64,000 nucleotides of DNA from positions 1 through 64,000 of the forward strand of contig CBFFRP010000244.1 of assembly GCA_965644295.1 (NCBI GenBank), in the 5' to 3' direction. Numbering within the stretch: position 1 is the first letter of the stretch; each line of letters opens with the position of its first letter. The notes beneath the pieces were generated by a model. It was given only the letters and a program-made list of their open reading frames with translations, made no database searches and was not told the DNA's origin. This DNA comes from Paraphysomonas bandaiensis (Eukaryota > Protista > Chrysophyceae). The position numbers and the translations under genes were made by a program. This document shows positions 26,145 to 38,703 of the stretch, piece by piece.

Positions 26145-27851
26145 CAGGGCCTGGTAACCATTGTTGAGCTCTGCAATATGATGTGATATATATTGTGCAA
26201 TTTAAGTGAGTTAATAGTGTGCAATAGGTGAAGTCATCTCATAGGTGATTATAGTTACAAAGGAATTAAATTCATTTACTGATATGTGACTATATAAGAT
26301 ATAGGAGTGACTGGAGAACATATGATAAACAGATGTTGCTGAGAACAGATGATTCATCAGATGTTACATGAATATATAGTGAAGTGTTCAGATTCATAAT
26401 TATAATTTATTACTTGAAAGCGCATTGTGTTAAACAAAACAAGTTTAAGGTTTACGTGTAGAGCATGTTCAATTCTAACAACCATTAATGCCGGGACATG
26501 TTGCGTTAATAGCCATAATAATTGCCGGTACTTGATATATGCTATAAAGAATTAAGCGTTTTAGATATCGTATCTCCTCACTATTTTCCGAAGCAACTCA
26601 AGATCATGAAACTCTACAGCTACTTTGTGGAATGTTTGCGCATTATCAGCGGTAAACTTAATGCTATATGTATTAAAATAGTTTCGTGAGCAGCAACATA
26701 CTCGACACATGAAGTTCCTGATTCGTGGTGTTAGCAATTAACACTTTTATTGTTTACTGTACGGGTAAAGTAGTAATAGGTTACAATACAACAATTATAA
26801 CGGCATAAGCGACTGAAATTATCATATAATTTACCCTCCATCAACCCACACTATGATACACTTCTTGCAAGTTCCATACTGTTATTTACTTTTTCTCCAT
26901 CATATCGAATCAAGAAACAAATAACTCTATGACGAAGTAGTTATAGCTATCACACTTTATTTATCATGCTATTTGAAAAATAGCTTCCTTCAATACTGAA
27001 AAGAGGCCATTGACCTCAACCGTGCCCAAAACTACTATAAAAGGCGCCATACATGCGTGATTTTGGCGATAATATGAACTCGATAAAGCTCTGGGAAATG
27101 AACGTCACGGGGACGATTTATTCAGTTATATATAATAATAATAGTATCTCCTGCTGCAAGGAGCTTATTTCGGTGGCTAAAAGAGAGCAAGACTTAATAC
27201 CCATATGAGTTCAACTAACGCAGCTTTTGCTTCATATCGAAGCATAAGCTAATGAGTCGCGCAAGATTGATTATGACACTTGAGCGACGAAAATTGAATC
27301 GAGAATCGTTGCTCTTTCTACGAGCCAATTACATGTTGTGAGATGCGGCTACACTCCATGAAACCTCTTGCAAGAAGATGTGCCAATGAAGAGCGAGGAG
27401 AATGATGATGTGTAGTTACGATTCGCAGTTTGGTATTGCCTCATATTGACAGCGTAACTAATCACTGCGTGCGGCCCTCTAGTGGGCGCTGCTGAGTGCT
27501 GCGACAGCGCACATATACCTATGTACGCATTGTATAGTTCAGCGGTTCCCCACCCGGGTTCTAACTGCGTATTCAGCGCTGAATACCGTGTGATAATGAT
27601 GTAGCTAGTTGGGTTTAGTAGGTAGCTTGCAAATAACGTATGGGACTTAAGCAAGTATTAGTTAGGTACCCACCCAACCCCCACCCGGATCTACCTAAGT
27701 ACGCGCTTAGAACGGGGCAGATATTTAACTTAATCAAAGTAAAGGGAGACCACATAATCTACTATCTATTATGAGCAATATTATCTAGTTCGGCCATTTT
27801 AATTGCCGGGACCTCGTACAAATAATGGCTATTAATGGTTACCAGGCCCAG
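26145..27851 (+). mobile_element. Non-autonomous hAT element with TIRs and an 8-bp TSD
   Basis: TIRs GGGCCTGGTAACCATT(AAT) / ATTAATGGTTACCAGGCCC. Flanks ATAACTAA / ATAAATAA (7/8). A hAT dimerisation relic SRARLIMTLERRKLNRESLLFLRANYML lies at ~27255-27340. The interior is homologous to 62220-63180 and 51540-51790. Confidence 0.85.
26162..26480 (+). mobile_element. Solo LTR (family of the copia element at 39999-44180) nested in the hAT left TIR
   Basis: TGTTGAG...CTAACA with a perfect 5-bp TSD ACCAT (26157-26161, 26481-26485). It is a diverged reverse complement of LTR 39999-40350. Confidence 0.9.
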
Positions 27852-27988
27852 ATAAATAAGGACTGACAATATTAACCTTTACACACATACACTCCGCTCA
27901 CATCGTTATGTTGAATTACTGTTCACGACTAGAATTCATAACCTACAAATTTAAAAAAGTATAATAAATTTTATATTACAATATAATA

Positions 27989-30900
27989 TCATTTTAAGGC
28001 GGTGCGCGGATCACTAGTATCTACTTTGCCAGTGCGAAAAGATTCATATATTTTACTGTACTTATAGAAATCTGCAGCAGATAGTGACGGTTCCATACAG
28101 TTGAGAGCCTGTAATAAGTTTTCAGATGTCACAACGACATCTGATATCTGTGGATGATTAGTACCAGAACTTTTTTTGCAATGTCTAGCAGCTGCTATAC
28201 AAGCGGTGGTTGCAATCCCATGAACATCCGCGCCAGTGCAATGCTCCAGCTTGGCATGTGTTGCTATTCTTTCAATTGTTGCTTCCACATCATTCTCGAG
28301 GCGAATATCATTCAACGCGGCTCTCAGTATAAATTTTCGCTCTTCAACTCCAGGAAATCCCACATATGCATGCGATTCAATGCGTCCAGGGCGTATCAAC
28401 GCCGGGTCAACCATATCGGGTCTCGATGTCGCAGCCATAACGTAAACTTGCCCTCCGCTCCCATCGGCCTTCCCCATAGTATTTTCTACACCATCAAGGT
28501 ACGTTAAGAGCTGGTTCACAACTCGATCGGTTACTCCTGTAGTATCCTGTCCCCGCCTAGCACCGAGAGCTTCAAACTCGTCAAAGAATATCAAGCACGG
28601 TCGACCCATACTTCTTGCACGGTCAAACAGATTCCGCACTGCCTTCTCACTGGCTCCAATGTACTTATCGATAAGCTCCGGGCCTCTTACGGGAATGAAA
28701 AACAATCCACACTCGTTTCCAGCAGCCTGGGCAAGCATCGTTTTCCTGTTATGCCAATAAATTACTCATGAATATACAGAAGAACCAACGCACCCACAGC
28801 CTGGTGGTCCATAGAGGAGTACCCCACGTGACATTCGCACAGGGCAGTTAGCGAATAATTTCTTAAACATCACGGGTCGCTGAAATGTATCCAGCAGAAT
28901 TTTTTTCGCGTTTTCATACCCACCAATCATATTGAACATTATACTCCTATCATACGTACCCACTTCCAGGTCTTTCGCTGCAGTAGCCAGAAACATTTTA
29001 CTGGCATGCTCAATCTCACCTACACTAACACTATTCTTTGTGGGTAATGGTGTCGGCATCTCTCTGCCATGTTGGTGAACAGTAAATGGCCGCCTGTGTG
29101 CGAGAGTTACTACGCGTCTAGCAAGTCCCCAAATATCTCCTGGACGATATCCCTCCATGATTCTTCCCAGGAGAGATAATTCACGACGACGGCTAGCTTT
29201 GTCCTCCGCTTCAGATGCCAAAAACAGAGGTAAACCCAGCTTCTCCAGTGCATAACACAATATTTCAATTTGTGAATCGACTAATAAAGTAGTCGTAAGA
29301 GGAACAATTTTCCTACCAATCGATAGCAACGTCAGTAGACGAGCATTTACTTCGTCAGTCCGAGGGGCTGTGGCTACAACATATACACTCTTATAGACGG
29401 TCGACGCAACTATTCTGTGGGCTGCATATGCAAGTCCTCGCCCTCCAGAGCAGATTCCATATTTACAGGGCATTTCACAGGCTGTTTGCTCACTTGCAAT
29501 TGATCGGAAAAGGTCAGAATGAAACATTTGTCCCTCTAAGTTACACTTTGACGACGCTTCTTCATGTACACAGTCACAGACTGGGGGCGATTGAGCAAGT
29601 ATAGCGTAAAAGCGCTCCGCTTGACTGGTGCCAAAATCATTGTTGTGTCTAGTATTTTTGATTAACTGCGTCATATGGTCCGATATTTTTTCATATCGTG
29701 CCCGCATGCTCGAGTCAAGTGGAGAATCCGATGTTTCGTAGGTTGAGGGACATATTTTATGCAAGTCATCAATGCATACTATGCTCGGTGCACGACTGTA
29801 GGCCTCGTCGAAGGCTGCGGACAGCATGTCGCAAACTCTCTCAGTTTTCATTGTGTGGACGTTATCGCTCCTCACAGTCACAACATGCACAAGTGTTCGT
29901 AGCGAAGACGCGAAGTGATTGCACAATCCCCGCGACAGGGTGGTCTTTCCACATCCTGGTGGCCCTACAATTATAGATCCCACTGGAGACCGAATTGCCC
30001 CCATCTGCGATGGAGATACGATACGCTGAAATACTGCTTGTGGGAGAAAGCTAATCATTGTGTCCGAAAGCAAATCATCGATGGCTTCGTCGCAGCCACG
30101 CATCTCGGTCAATGGAATGGAAACAGGTTCGGAGGGCAGTGGTAGTAGTGCGCTGCCTGTGGTCGCATTGGTTGTATGCCAGCGATGGTACGTATCCGAT
30201 AGTACATTGGCAGTTAAGAGCCAATTCGAGTGGGGTGAACTAGCTTTACCCTCTGTTCCTTCGCGTAATCCTTCTAGCGCCAATGTTATACTCTCGCAAC
30301 ATTCATCAACGAATGCAATGAATTCACTATCGCTGTCAAGCAAAGTGTACATATGCGGCCTGGCTACTTCAGATGCGCTGCATTCACAACTCACAACATA
30401 ATAAGAACATAAAACTCCTACATACCTTTCTGGTACACCAGACGTCGTCTTCTGAAAGCTTACGAGTAGTGTTAGGTTAGAGTTAGGCAAATGTGATTGT
30501 GAAGGGAGTGTTATCAGCAATTCTGCAGGTAGAAAAACTGGGCCGAGTGGGCGGCAACAATCGCGCAGAGATATCATCTTGTCTTTGAACCTCCGACATA
30601 CGGTCGAACTGTCCACATCTAAAGATGATTTGATGTCAACCGAAATGTTTCGTTCCTCCCCTAACACATTCCACTCCACACAGCGTACCGTTACTGCTGC
30701 TGGCCTCACTGGGGGATGTTTCAGTGGGTCCAAAAGAGTAAGACGGGCTAACTCCATGTCAGAGAGGTTCAAGGCTCGTCTCAGGTCTGTCGAAACGAGA
30801 ATATGGCCAGGACGGACTCGTGCGCAGGGCACCACCCTCACCACCACAGAGGAAATGAGAGGACGTATGTCCGGTGTACTACTATCAGAACGAGGTGGAG

Positions 30901-32621
30901 CTCCCACTAGCCCTACTGGTTGAAGACAGTCTGCAATAGACATTGCATCCGTAGTACATTGAAGCGTTCCAAGGAAGCACCACCCCTCACCCCCAATCGC
31001 CATGCATTCCCAATGTTTATCCAGAAATCCCGTGTTCCAATTCGAGCGTTGCTCAAGTTGGTGAGTGTATACCATGTAAGTGAAAGCCATTTCTTCGCAC
31101 TCAAGCAGGTACAAAGGGTGTACATAGCAAGTACATATATCCTCAGGGGCAGTCAAAATTTCATCATCTTCACTGGTCGATTCCGATAGAAGAGTGCGCA
31201 TGCCTTCTGACAGGGCATCAGCCGTACAGTCAACACCTTCATTCTCATCTACAAGCTGCTTTCGCACTATATCAGTCCCAAAGTAGCTAGAGTCTTTGCC
31301 GCGAGACCAAACTGGTAACACCCGAAGAAGTTGTTTACTACTCGAATCACATATACGCTCCCTATAAAGTTCTGACTGCCACATTTCTTCTGAGGCAGCC
31401 CCATGGTTGTGATTAGGTGCGGCGGAGTTAACATCCAAAGCATCCTGAGAACTTGATGTGGTTGGACGACCACAGGGAGGACGTATCGAAACGACACTCT
31501 GTGAAGATAACTTTCCAACCGAAGTGGCAGTGCTAAGCACTACCGAAGTCAAAGATTCCTTGTCCTCACTAATTAGTTCTTTAGCACTACTATAAGCGCT
31601 ATGCATAATCTCGTAAACCTTTGACCACAAGGATGTTCCATCACTGTCATTTAGTTGGCCAGATGCCAAGTTCCCTGCAAGCTCAGGCACATCACCACTC
31701 GAGCCTGTAGCCTCACCATCGGAGACATCATCGGCATTTAACAAATTATTACCGGAAGAAATGCTTATAACTCGCAGGTTAACACTCTGTGATGATGTCA
31801 CCCGAACACACACCATCTGCGAACAGTACACCACGGATAACTGCAGTAGCAATACAGTTATAAAATGCATTCCTGCGCACAATCTAGCCCACCTGTCTGA
31901 GGATATTACTCTCAAGAAATGCTCTATGTGAGCAAATTGTATGCCAGTCAATATCATTGACAGGCTCCATGGTGATTTCTTTTGAATGAAATAAGTTGTC
32001 GATACGATGCATCTCCAAACTAAAAACTTGGGGGTTCTCAGAATTGACATAAGATTGACCGACCTGTAGGAATGAGGTGAAATATAGACGCAATCACCCT
32101 ATTACCCTTACAAGATTTAGCGAAGTGTACTGTCGGGGCAACTCGATGCAAGATCTGAGCAGCATAACGGTTACTGAAACATCATGAGAAGGCACAGCAT
32201 ACGCACTTGTCTCTGGCTATCCCTCCACTCCACGACACTATCACCGACCTCCCTGTAACCGGATCTGTGAAAAGAAACACCGCAAAGTCCTGAATACAAC
32301 ACAATCAGAGGAAAAAGTCCAGCAAAGGTGAATGTGAAAGTCTGATTATTAGCAGTAGGCGTCAAGAATAGACACCAGATAAGTAGCTAGATGACGCAGA
32401 GAGAAGGCGTGTGTGAATTAGAGATAAACATAAATATTGAGAATTGTGTATATCAGGGTGTCTATGTGTGTATATGTGTATGAGGGTGTGTATGTGTGTA
32501 TCAGGGTGTGTATGTGTGTATGCGTGTATGTTACCTGTAGACTGAGCTCCCTCAACAGCGACACAGGGAGGAGACAATCACATTTGTCTGAAGCCACAAG
32601 TCGCACTGATACATGAGGCAT
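27989..32621 (-). CDS. PEX1: Peroxin 1 (double AAA+ ATPase)
   Basis: N-domain VSWSGG and EPVNDIDW...LESNILRQ; D1 GPPGCGKT; D2 GVLLYGPPGCGKT, GPELIDKYIGASEKAVR, FFDEFE, TGVTDRVVNQLLT, TSRPDMVDPALIRPGR. At least five GT-AG introns. Confidence 0.92.
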
Positions 32622-33087
32622 CTCACTCCTTAATCAGCAAATGTGCCTCCTGCTGTGTATATACATATATGGAACTATGGCCACAGGCTGCAGCATTGAT
32701 GTACACATCTTGTGTATACGAATACCGGTATACACTGTATTAATAACTTCATAAACTACACTTCGAGTACAGGCGTATACATTTCTGTACTGTATTCGTT
32801 GTAGTCCGCCTGTATATTGGATCCATCGAAGTTTTGGAAAGCTTCGAATATTTGCATCAAAAAAAGACATCAAGTGAGGCGCGGCCGTTCGGAACACATT
32901 CCATACCACTCATTTGTGTCTCTTCAAGATATTGCGTATCTTCAATGGGCGAAGTGGTGTGATAGGTGAAATATTAGTTTTGAATGGATTTCACTTTTTG
33001 ATTTGCTCGCAACACACGCAGAGGGGCGGATACATTTATTGGAAGGATGCTGTTGGAGGGGTGAATTATCCACACTAATATATCGAC

Positions 33088-35780
33088 ATGGATGTCGATA
33101 GAGTAGGATCTGAGGGTAGATTATCACCCTCAAGTACCTCTGAGGTTGCGGGTGATAGTGTAGAGCTGTCATCTGCATCGAAAGGGTACGTAGCTGTCAT
33201 TAGAAAGATACGATTTTTTGAATTTTTTGTGTGCCCTATTAATGCTTCTCTTCGTATTCGTGTTTGATAAGTATTAATTTCAGAAGCACTCCTTCGTCTC
33301 CTTCTAATGGAAGAGTGCAGGGAGATGCAAAGGTAGTGAGTGATATCTTGTTGATCTTATATATCTTATTGACTATTGTGTCGGTTTTTTTCCTGCAACC
33401 GTTCAACGTACAGTCACTCAGAATAGACGTTAGGAATGAAACCACACCTGTTGCATCTGAATCTCAGAGCTCTGCTACTTGGCCCTCGCTACGTGGCCGA
33501 TACTTTATTGAGAATGATAGTGTATTGTGCCGTGGGGTGTGGGCGATGACCGATAGCGCACATGGCATCCCAGGACAGACAAGTGATTTTGAGTTTAGAT
33601 TAGTGAGTGCTGATGGAGATCGTACTGATCTTCCAGTAAATGGAAAGTATACCGGTTGGTTCATGCTGAAGCAAACGCAAAATAATTCCATCAGGATAGA
33701 AGACAAAGAGATGAATATCCAGTTTGTCAAAAAGGAGGGCAGTGATGAGTATGATATTACTGGTGATGGTGTAAACAAGTTTGGGAAGTTCAACCTTAGA
33801 GGAACTCTAGCAGCGGATAATATGGTCCACCTATTCAAGATATACGTCCCGAAGAAGGGAGCCGCGACACCGAGAGGTGCCAGACCTGTGAGCACTCGCA
33901 GTAGCGTAGGTAGTTCTTCCCGTCAAGCCCGTCCTGCTTTATCAGCAGTCGCCGCCTCTCCCCGCGAGTCATCTACGCGGAAGAGACGGCCCTCGGTTGT
34001 AGTTCAGGAAGCCACCTTAACTCGTGATCCACCTGCACCAGTGCCCGCACCTGTACCTGTCCCACCTGTAAAGAGACAATCATCAACTAGCCTACCCTCT
34101 CGACCCTCCCGTCCCCCTGCATTTGTAAGTAAATGTAGAGATGTTCTCAAGGAAATGTCAAAACAGCATCTCGGAATATATTTTAATGAGCCAGTAGACC
34201 ACGTGAAACTTGGTATCCCGGACTACCCCACCATCATCAAAGAACCGATGGACTTCAGCACAATTGCCACCAACCTTGAACAAAATGTATATTCAAGCCA
34301 TGAGGAGTTTGCCGAGCACATGCGACTAGTGTTTCGGAATGCCATCACGTACAATGTTCGGCGGGATAATCCTGTACACATTGCTGCTCGAGAAATGTCT
34401 GACATGTTTGAGGAGCGCTATCGCGTAATGGTGTCTCAGCTAGGCTCCTATGCCCTTCCCACTGAGTATGAAGTTGGCTTGTCAGGATCATTGAACAAGA
34501 AAGGCAAGGGGAAAAAAGGTAGGGCTTCTACTGGTGGCCCAAGGGCTGTGGAGCCCGTTTCTGCGGCTATGGCGCTAGATAGTAGTATGCAGACAATGCG
34601 TATGATGCAGCAAAGAATGCAAGAAATGGAGGAGGAAATAAATAACCTTCGTGCGGCAGTTAGACAGTCTGATATTCGTGCAACATTAGGGCAGCAAATG
34701 TATGTCGTGTCATCGCTATTGTATCGTTGTCTGATTTGTTATTAGGGCTGCAGCTCAGGTGCCCCTCTCCTACGAGGAGAAGAAAATCCTCATCGCCAAT
34801 ATCGCTAAACTAGATGGCGATCAGATGACTTCAGTAGTGGATATTATCCAGTCGGCCATGCCTCACACGGCGTGTGGAGATGGTGATGAGGTAGAGATAC
34901 CTCTGGATGAGCTCGATACCTACACACTGCGGCAGTTGCAGGAATATGTGCAGGTACTAAGTGATAGAGTTGTTGATGCTAGTTGTCATTAGGGATCTCA
35001 AACAGACTGCCTATGTGTGGCTATATACTCTGCCTTTCTACTTGCTAATCAGTGTGTGCAGTCTGTGTTCAGCTCCAAGTCACGGAAGCGTGCTTCTTCA
35101 GCTTCGGCCACATCTCGGAGTGGAGCTGCCCCAAAGCGTTCTCGCGCAAGTAGTTCTACTCTCCCGACGTCTATGCCATCCCCAGAAGTTACAGCAGCTC
35201 CGCAGTCGTCGTTCTTCGCTGATGCACCAACTGCAGACTACGCGGAAAAGGATAGTGTAACTCAGCAGTCGTCTCTAATGGATGATAGCAGTAGTAGACG
35301 ACGCAGTAACTCCTTGGACCTTTTTCCTGACTCAGCTGTTGGAGAAGACACTGAAGGATATACTGCTTGGGCTAGTGATTCCCTTGTGAATGAGGATCAA
35401 GAACAAAAAAGTGTGGGACAGGGTGGGACTTGGGGAGGTGCAGTGGAGGAGAGGAACGACCAGTTACAGAGAGATGCCACCCTTAAGGCTGAGGTATGTT
35501 GTCGACATATTGTTTTCAACGTGTGAGTAACACGTCGTGTCGATATTAGTCTGAAAAGCTGAATGAGTTGCGAGCTAAGGCCGAAGCCCAAAGAGTAGAT
35601 GCCTTGAAAGAAGCGATGCAGCGTCAGAATTCTGCTACGTCGAAGGAGATAGATGATAGAAACCTGCAACTTGAGCGACTAAGAAATGAGGAAAGAGCTA
35701 GAAGAGAAAGTATGGAACCCACTGTGGAGCTGAACGATGCACACTCGGCTCTCTTTGATCATGAGTCATTTGGCTTATAA
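33088..35780 (+). CDS. BET/GTE-like bromodomain + ET-domain protein with an extra N-terminal domain
   Basis: Bromodomain YFNEPVD...PDYPTIIKEPMD...VFRNAITYN; coiled coil; ET domain PLSYEEKKIL...EVEIPLDELDTYTLRQLQEYV; C-terminal EERARRE helix. Introns include 33186-33283, ~33333-33412, ~34700-34745, ~34954-35061 and ~35494-35549. Confidence 0.88.
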
Positions 35781-36526
35781 TAAGCGCGCACTTGGAGATG
35801 TGGATTGCTTTCTCTACATGGTAGACAATTTTATCATCTGTGTTTTATATTTCTTGCCTCTCAAATAGTATGTATTATGAACCACTTTCGCCGCTCTTGT
35901 TGTTACGCGAATCGTAGATCTTGTGCAGCGGTCACGTTAAGTGAAGTTGTGCACACTTTAGTCGTTGTTATTAATAATGCCTGAATTATTGTATATCAAT
36001 TAAGATGGTGTAGATTCCTTAGTGGGATTTTTTCCTAATAAATGTTGCTTCGGAATGTAGTTTGAAAATTTACTGTTTAGCTAATACTGATAGTTATTAC
36101 ACTCTTTCATATTCCATGTTTTGTCATCATAGTATATTTGGATTTGTTGTATACAACTTTTTGGGGTGTAGTGTTGGAATACGTATGTTTCTCTGAGACA
36201 GTAGTGTAGAATACGTTAAATACTAAATACAATGTGGAAAACAGCAAGACGTAGTCAAAGATACTATATAGCTATAACTGTGAAACAAAAGTATTGTAAC
36301 ATGACGATTCAAGATACGGAAGTTGAGCAGTGGTTAACACGAACGAAATATATTATGAAGTTGTTGACATGTTTTACATGACAACACACAATTATGTGTG
36401 CAATATAGTAAAAGAGGCTATCTAGTTTGATTACAATAAACTTCTCTTAACGATCTTAATTGTGGAAATGACCAATAGTCAATATGAAGGGTACAGGGTA
36501 CAGTACGGGAAGTGTGACCTTGACAG

Positions 36527-36796
36527 TGTCAAGTTATGACACAATTGGATGATTTACTAAGTTAACTGGACGTTTATTTACTCTTGAATCAAGTTAAGAT
36601 AAGAGAAGATTATAATAAATATAATAAGCAATATATCATGTTATCTCTACTACCACTCATTTCTAGTACGATCTTACATCGTCATGATATCACTTCTCAT
36701 AATACAGCTCATCACTACTGTATTCTTCGACTAACGGTCATAATTCCAACACCTTAGAATTACAGCTTTTAATTGCTCAAACAGCAAAACTCAACA
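36527..36796. mobile_element. Solo LTR, second family
   Basis: TGTCAAG...CTCAACA with a perfect 5-bp TSD GACAG on both sides. Homologous (inverted) to 44489-44793. Confidence 0.85.
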
Positions 36797-36989
36797 GACA
36801 GAAATCAAAAGTTGTAATAGGTAACTAAATGAAAAGTTAGTACATTCTTTAACTTAAAACCACGATGCCGTAAAAAACTGGAAGCAACAAAAGAAACATG
36901 CAAAATTGATACACTGTCCCTACTCTATACAAATGCATATATAACAACGCCCCACGTATCAGAGCTGCAAACAAATCGTACACTGAGAA

Positions 36990-38225
36990 CTATTGGTTAG
37001 TACTTGGAAGGGTAGAACAGCGCAGGTCAGATACACTTGTTCCATATCTGATATAAGTAATAATTTGTTCAATAACCCCGGAAAGTGTATAATGCGATGA
37101 TACAAAAGACAGCATGAGTTTCCGTCTCTCTGTTACCTCTTTAGGCGATAGCGCGAACTTCAATCTCTCCAACTCGGAAGCAAGATCCGATACGTTAACT
37201 GAAAAGCCGAAAGAAGTGAGGTGAGCGTGTGTCCCAGCATAGGGAAGCCATTCTATGTCGTCGTATATATATAATGGCAGCACACCCATTTGTATTGACT
37301 CATACAGACGGAAACTGCTGCGACCGTACCCGCGAGGACAGAGAGCGATAGACGAGTTGGCTAATACCTCTAACCATTTCACCGTTTTACCACAACACTT
37401 AATAGAGGGATCATCTATACCCAGTACAGCCCGCCGGAAAAGTCGTCGCGATGTTCCAAATTTTGTCTGCCCCATAAAACTGCTCGAGTAAGTACACTGT
37501 CTCTCACCTATACCCCCGCATAAGTGAGACAAAACAGGGGGTCTGTAGCTGAGGAGGGGAATAGGCACATGACCATAACCTCCAGCAGAGAAAGTGAATA
37601 TGTTCCACAATTTTAAGTGTGAAGGGAAAATACCCGTGTCGTGCTGGGAAACAGTCACGTACAGAACATCTTTCCTCAAATAGAGCTCAAATAATCTCCA
37701 TAACTTAGTAGAGAAATTATTGCGCATCTCTAGGCGGCAATCTGTCCACTGGATTAACAGAGGCACAACTCCGCCAGGAAATAAGTGCCGTATGTCGTTA
37801 GTGAGATTCAAAGCGTTCATAATCTCATCAATCCACAAATTTTCTATCCAAGGGCCACTATATCCACCATAACTATGAACTGTGCAGTTGCGGAAGGGAG
37901 CCGTCTTCCTCATGATCGCCGCGAAGTGCTCTTGCATCTGCGGAGCTACTAGTTTACTCTGTCTGAACTTGCGGTGACCATGAGGGGTGCTGATGCAGTT
38001 ATCCACCTCTGCATTCCAGTCTACACGAGTGGGCTGACCTGAGAAGATCGGGTCAAAGTGCACTGTTCTGTTCTCAGGCTGTACAGTGAGATTATAAGAC
38101 ACGCGCTTGACGTGTCTCCTGAACTTAACGTGATGGCCCACTACACCCGACCTCTCCTTACCAAACCGAACACCCACACTACGATCAGACAAAGCAGCCG
38201 CCAGCAGCAGGAAAAACAGATACAT
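36990..38225 (-). CDS. Exostosin-like (GT47-type) glycosyltransferase with an N-terminal signal/anchor, intronless
   Basis: Hydrophobic N-terminus; LANSSIALCPRGYGRSSFRLYESIQMGVLPLYIYDD matches the exostosin-family motif. Confidence 0.8.
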   Translation of the reverse strand: MYLFFLLLAAALSDRSVGVRFGKERSGVVGHHVKFRRHVKRVSYNLTVQPENRTVHFDPIFSGQPTRVDWNAEVDNCISTPHGHRKFRQSKLVAPQMQEHFAAIMRKTAPFRNCTVHSYGGYSGPWIENLWIDEIMNALNLTNDIRHLFPGGVVPLLIQWTDCRLEMRNNFSTKLWRLFELYLRKDVLYVTVSQHDTGIFPSHLKLWNIFTFSAGGYGHVPIPLLSYRPPVLSHLCGGIGERQCTYSSSFMGQTKFGTSRRLFRRAVLGIDDPSIKCCGKTVKWLEVLANSSIALCPRGYGRSSFRLYESIQMGVLPLYIYDDIEWLPYAGTHAHLTSFGFSVNVSDLASELERLKFALSPKEVTERRKLMLSFVSSHYTLSGVIEQIITYIRYGTSVSDLRCSTLPSTNQ

Positions 38226-38318
38226 GCTATGGAAAGATAACTCTATCCCCTCTGCTGCCCACGACTGCTCACATGGAGGTCTACTATATATGAGTGTGCA
38301 TACATCAAGTCTGCTGTC

Positions 38319-38481
38319 GTATGTAGGTATGTAGGTATGTATGTATGTAGGTAGGTAGGTAGGTAGGTATGTATGTATGTATGTATGTATGTATGTATGT
38401 ATGTATGTATGTATGTATGTATGTATGTATGTAGGTAGGTAGGTAGGTAGGTAGCTAGGTATGTAGGTATGTAGGTATGTA
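38319..38481 (+). repeat. Compound (TATG)n/(TAGG)n microsatellite in the GT47/SLC35 bidirectional spacer
   Basis: gtatgtaggtatg...(tatg)n...(tagg)n. Confidence 0.93.
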
Positions 38482-38703
38482 TCTGTATCTTTGGTCGTGT
38501 TGTATACAGAGTAGGTGTAGTCCTATAGGGTATACACGATATACTCTGTAGAGTCTGTTCATCTCGTCTGGAAGTAACGCACCGGAAGCAAGTCTCGTTG
38601 TCAAGGCTTCAAAGGATCTACCCATCGCAGCTGCTGTCCAGTGGGTGTGTTATTGGTCCTCTGTAAGTGCGTCATTCCACTGGACATCTCTCTATATAGT
38701 CCT

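Noticed and set aside
28766-32050. ORF-track N-terminus MSILRTPKF... of the 1094-aa ORF
   Set aside because: It is an out-of-frame exon plus intron read-through; the true PEX1 N-terminus comes from upstream exons starting at 32621.
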